A stretch of DNA of 26,930 bases from Chthoniobacteraceae bacterium (GTDB lineage: Bacteria > Verrucomicrobiota > Verrucomicrobiia > Chthoniobacterales > Chthoniobacteraceae). Made by a program: the position numbers and the translations under genes. The stretch's first letter is position 1. Each line of letters opens with the position of its first letter. The notes under the pieces were generated by a model. It was not told the origin of the DNA and did no database searches. It was given only the letters and a program-made list of their open reading frames with translations. The DNA lies in the NCBI GenBank assembly GCA_044376275.1, contig JBILLC010000001.1, positions 1 to 26,930 of the forward strand, given 5' to 3'. Of this stretch, positions 25,796 to 26,930 are shown piece after piece.

Positions 25796-25800
25796 GGAGG
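25796..25800 (+). promoter_or_regulatory. Shine-Dalgarno-like GGAGG upstream of groEL paralogue
   Basis: GGAGG with an 11-nt spacer before the ATG at 25812. The spacing is somewhat long. Confidence 0.45.
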
Positions 25801-25811
25801 GATGGCGTTTT

Positions 25812-26930
25812 ATGGGAGCAAAGCAGGTCTTGTTTCGGGAGGAGGCGCGCGGGAGAATTTTGAAAGGCGTGATAGCTTTGGGTGACGCGGTGAAGGTTAC
25901 ATTGGGTCCCAAATCCAAATGCGTGCTCATCGCGCGAAAATGGGGCAAGCCGCTCGTTTGTAATGACGGCGTGACCATCGCCAAGGAGTTTGAATTGGCG
26001 GACCAAGTCCAGAATCTCGGGGCGCAAATGATCCGGCAGGCGGCGGAGCAGACCAGCGAAAATGTCGGGGACGGCACCAGCACGGCTACCCTTCTTGCGT
26101 GCACAATTTTTTCGGAAGGACTCCGCAACGTGACCGCAGGTGCGGGAGCCGTGGGAATCCGGCGCGGATTGGAGCGTGGTCTGTCCGTCGTGATTGCCTC
26201 GCTCCGCACCACCTCCCGTAAACTTGAAAATCGGCGGGAGAAGGCGCAGGTCGCAGCCATTTCAGCCCACAACGACGCCATCATGGGCGAGCTGGTTGCA
26301 GATGCTTTGGAAAAAGTTGGGGCAGAAGGCGCGATCACTGTTGAGGAATCAAGAACCACCGAGACTCTGCTTGAGATCGCTGAAGGGATGAAATTCGAGC
26401 ACGGCTACATCTCTCCGTACTTCGTGACCGATTCGCAAAAAATGCAAGCTGTGCTCGAAAACCCTCTTGTGTTGCTGGTAGAGAAAAAAATCAGCCGCCT
26501 GTCAGACTTGCTGCCGCTGCTTGAGCAGATCGCCAAAGCAGGACGCCCGCTGCTGGTAGTGGCCGAGGATGTAGAGGCTGAGGCGCTGGCAACTTTGGTT
26601 GTCAACAAACTGCGCGGAGTCCTAACCGCGGTTGCAGTGAAAGCACCCGGCTTCGGGGATCGGCGCAAGGCGATCCTTCAAGACATAGCCGTGTTAACCG
26701 GTGCGAAAGTGGTCGCCGATGAGTTGGGAATTTCGCTCGAAAAAATTCAGCTCGAGGATTTGGGGAATGTGCGGCGGGTTGTTGTGGAACACGACTCGAC
26801 GACCCTCGTCGGTGGCGCAGGCACAGCCAATGCGGTGAGCGCGCGCTGTTCGGAAATCCGGCGGCAGATTATCGAAACGACTTCTACGTACGATCGGGAA
26901 AAACTCGAGGAGCGGCTTGCCAAGCTTGCG
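25812..26930 (+). CDS. groL: Chaperonin GroEL (Cpn60) paralogue, divergent; partial, runs off the right edge (absent from the ORF track)
   Basis: My translation gives MGAKQVLFREEAR...DAVKVTLGPKSKCVLIARKWGKPLVCNDGVTIAKE...VGDGTSTAT...GYISPYFVTD...ATLVVNKLRG...AVKAPGFGDRRK...YDREKLEERLAKLA, colinear with GroEL at the N-terminus. An in-frame upstream ATG exists at 25728. Confidence 0.96.
   Translation, partial: MGAKQVLFREEARGRILKGVIALGDAVKVTLGPKSKCVLIARKWGKPLVCNDGVTIAKEFELADQVQNLGAQMIRQAAEQTSENVGDGTSTATLLACTIFSEGLRNVTAGAGAVGIRRGLERGLSVVIASLRTTSRKLENRREKAQVAAISAHNDAIMGELVADALEKVGAEGAITVEESRTTETLLEIAEGMKFEHGYISPYFVTDSQKMQAVLENPLVLLVEKKISRLSDLLPLLEQIAKAGRPLLVVAEDVEAEALATLVVNKLRGVLTAVAVKAPGFGDRRKAILQDIAVLTGAKVVADELGISLEKIQLEDLGNVRRVVVEHDSTTLVGGAGTANAVSARCSEIRRQIIETTSTYDREKLEERLAKLA

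Overview
Gene-dense, GC-rich bacterial chromosomal segment, most likely from the PVC superphylum and probably Verrucomicrobiota. This is an inference from the PVC-type heme-binding dehydrogenase, two sulfatases, several secreted alpha/beta hydrolases and the C/T-rich non-Shine-Dalgarno leaders. From left to right it contains: the 3' end of a low-complexity protein; a NarL/LuxR response regulator; a GT2 glycosyltransferase; a co-oriented run of an exported Gfo/Idh/MocA oxidoreductase, a tri-heme sugar-dehydrogenase-like protein, a Tat-signal polysaccharide pyruvyl transferase-like protein and pirin; an Amidase_3; an MFS transporter; an uncharacterised secreted hydrolase with an FN3-like tail; a small YisB-like HNH protein; a four-gene GldA/GldF/GldG/DUF4340-type ABC operon; a VOC protein; two sulfatases; a putative lipoprotein; a Dabb protein; tRNA-Gly(GCC) with a sigma70-like promoter; two secreted esterases; and the first 373 codons of a divergent GroEL paralogue that the ORF track missed. 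I saw no transposase, integrase, phage gene or CRISPR array. The best leads are the GroEL paralogue (Cys pair and altered K+/ATP-site residues, no upstream groES or CIRCE), the Gld-like ABC operon with a long-range stem closing at its start codon, and the exported redox/sugar cluster. Start codons were chosen by eye, and family assignments come from motif recognition, not database searches.
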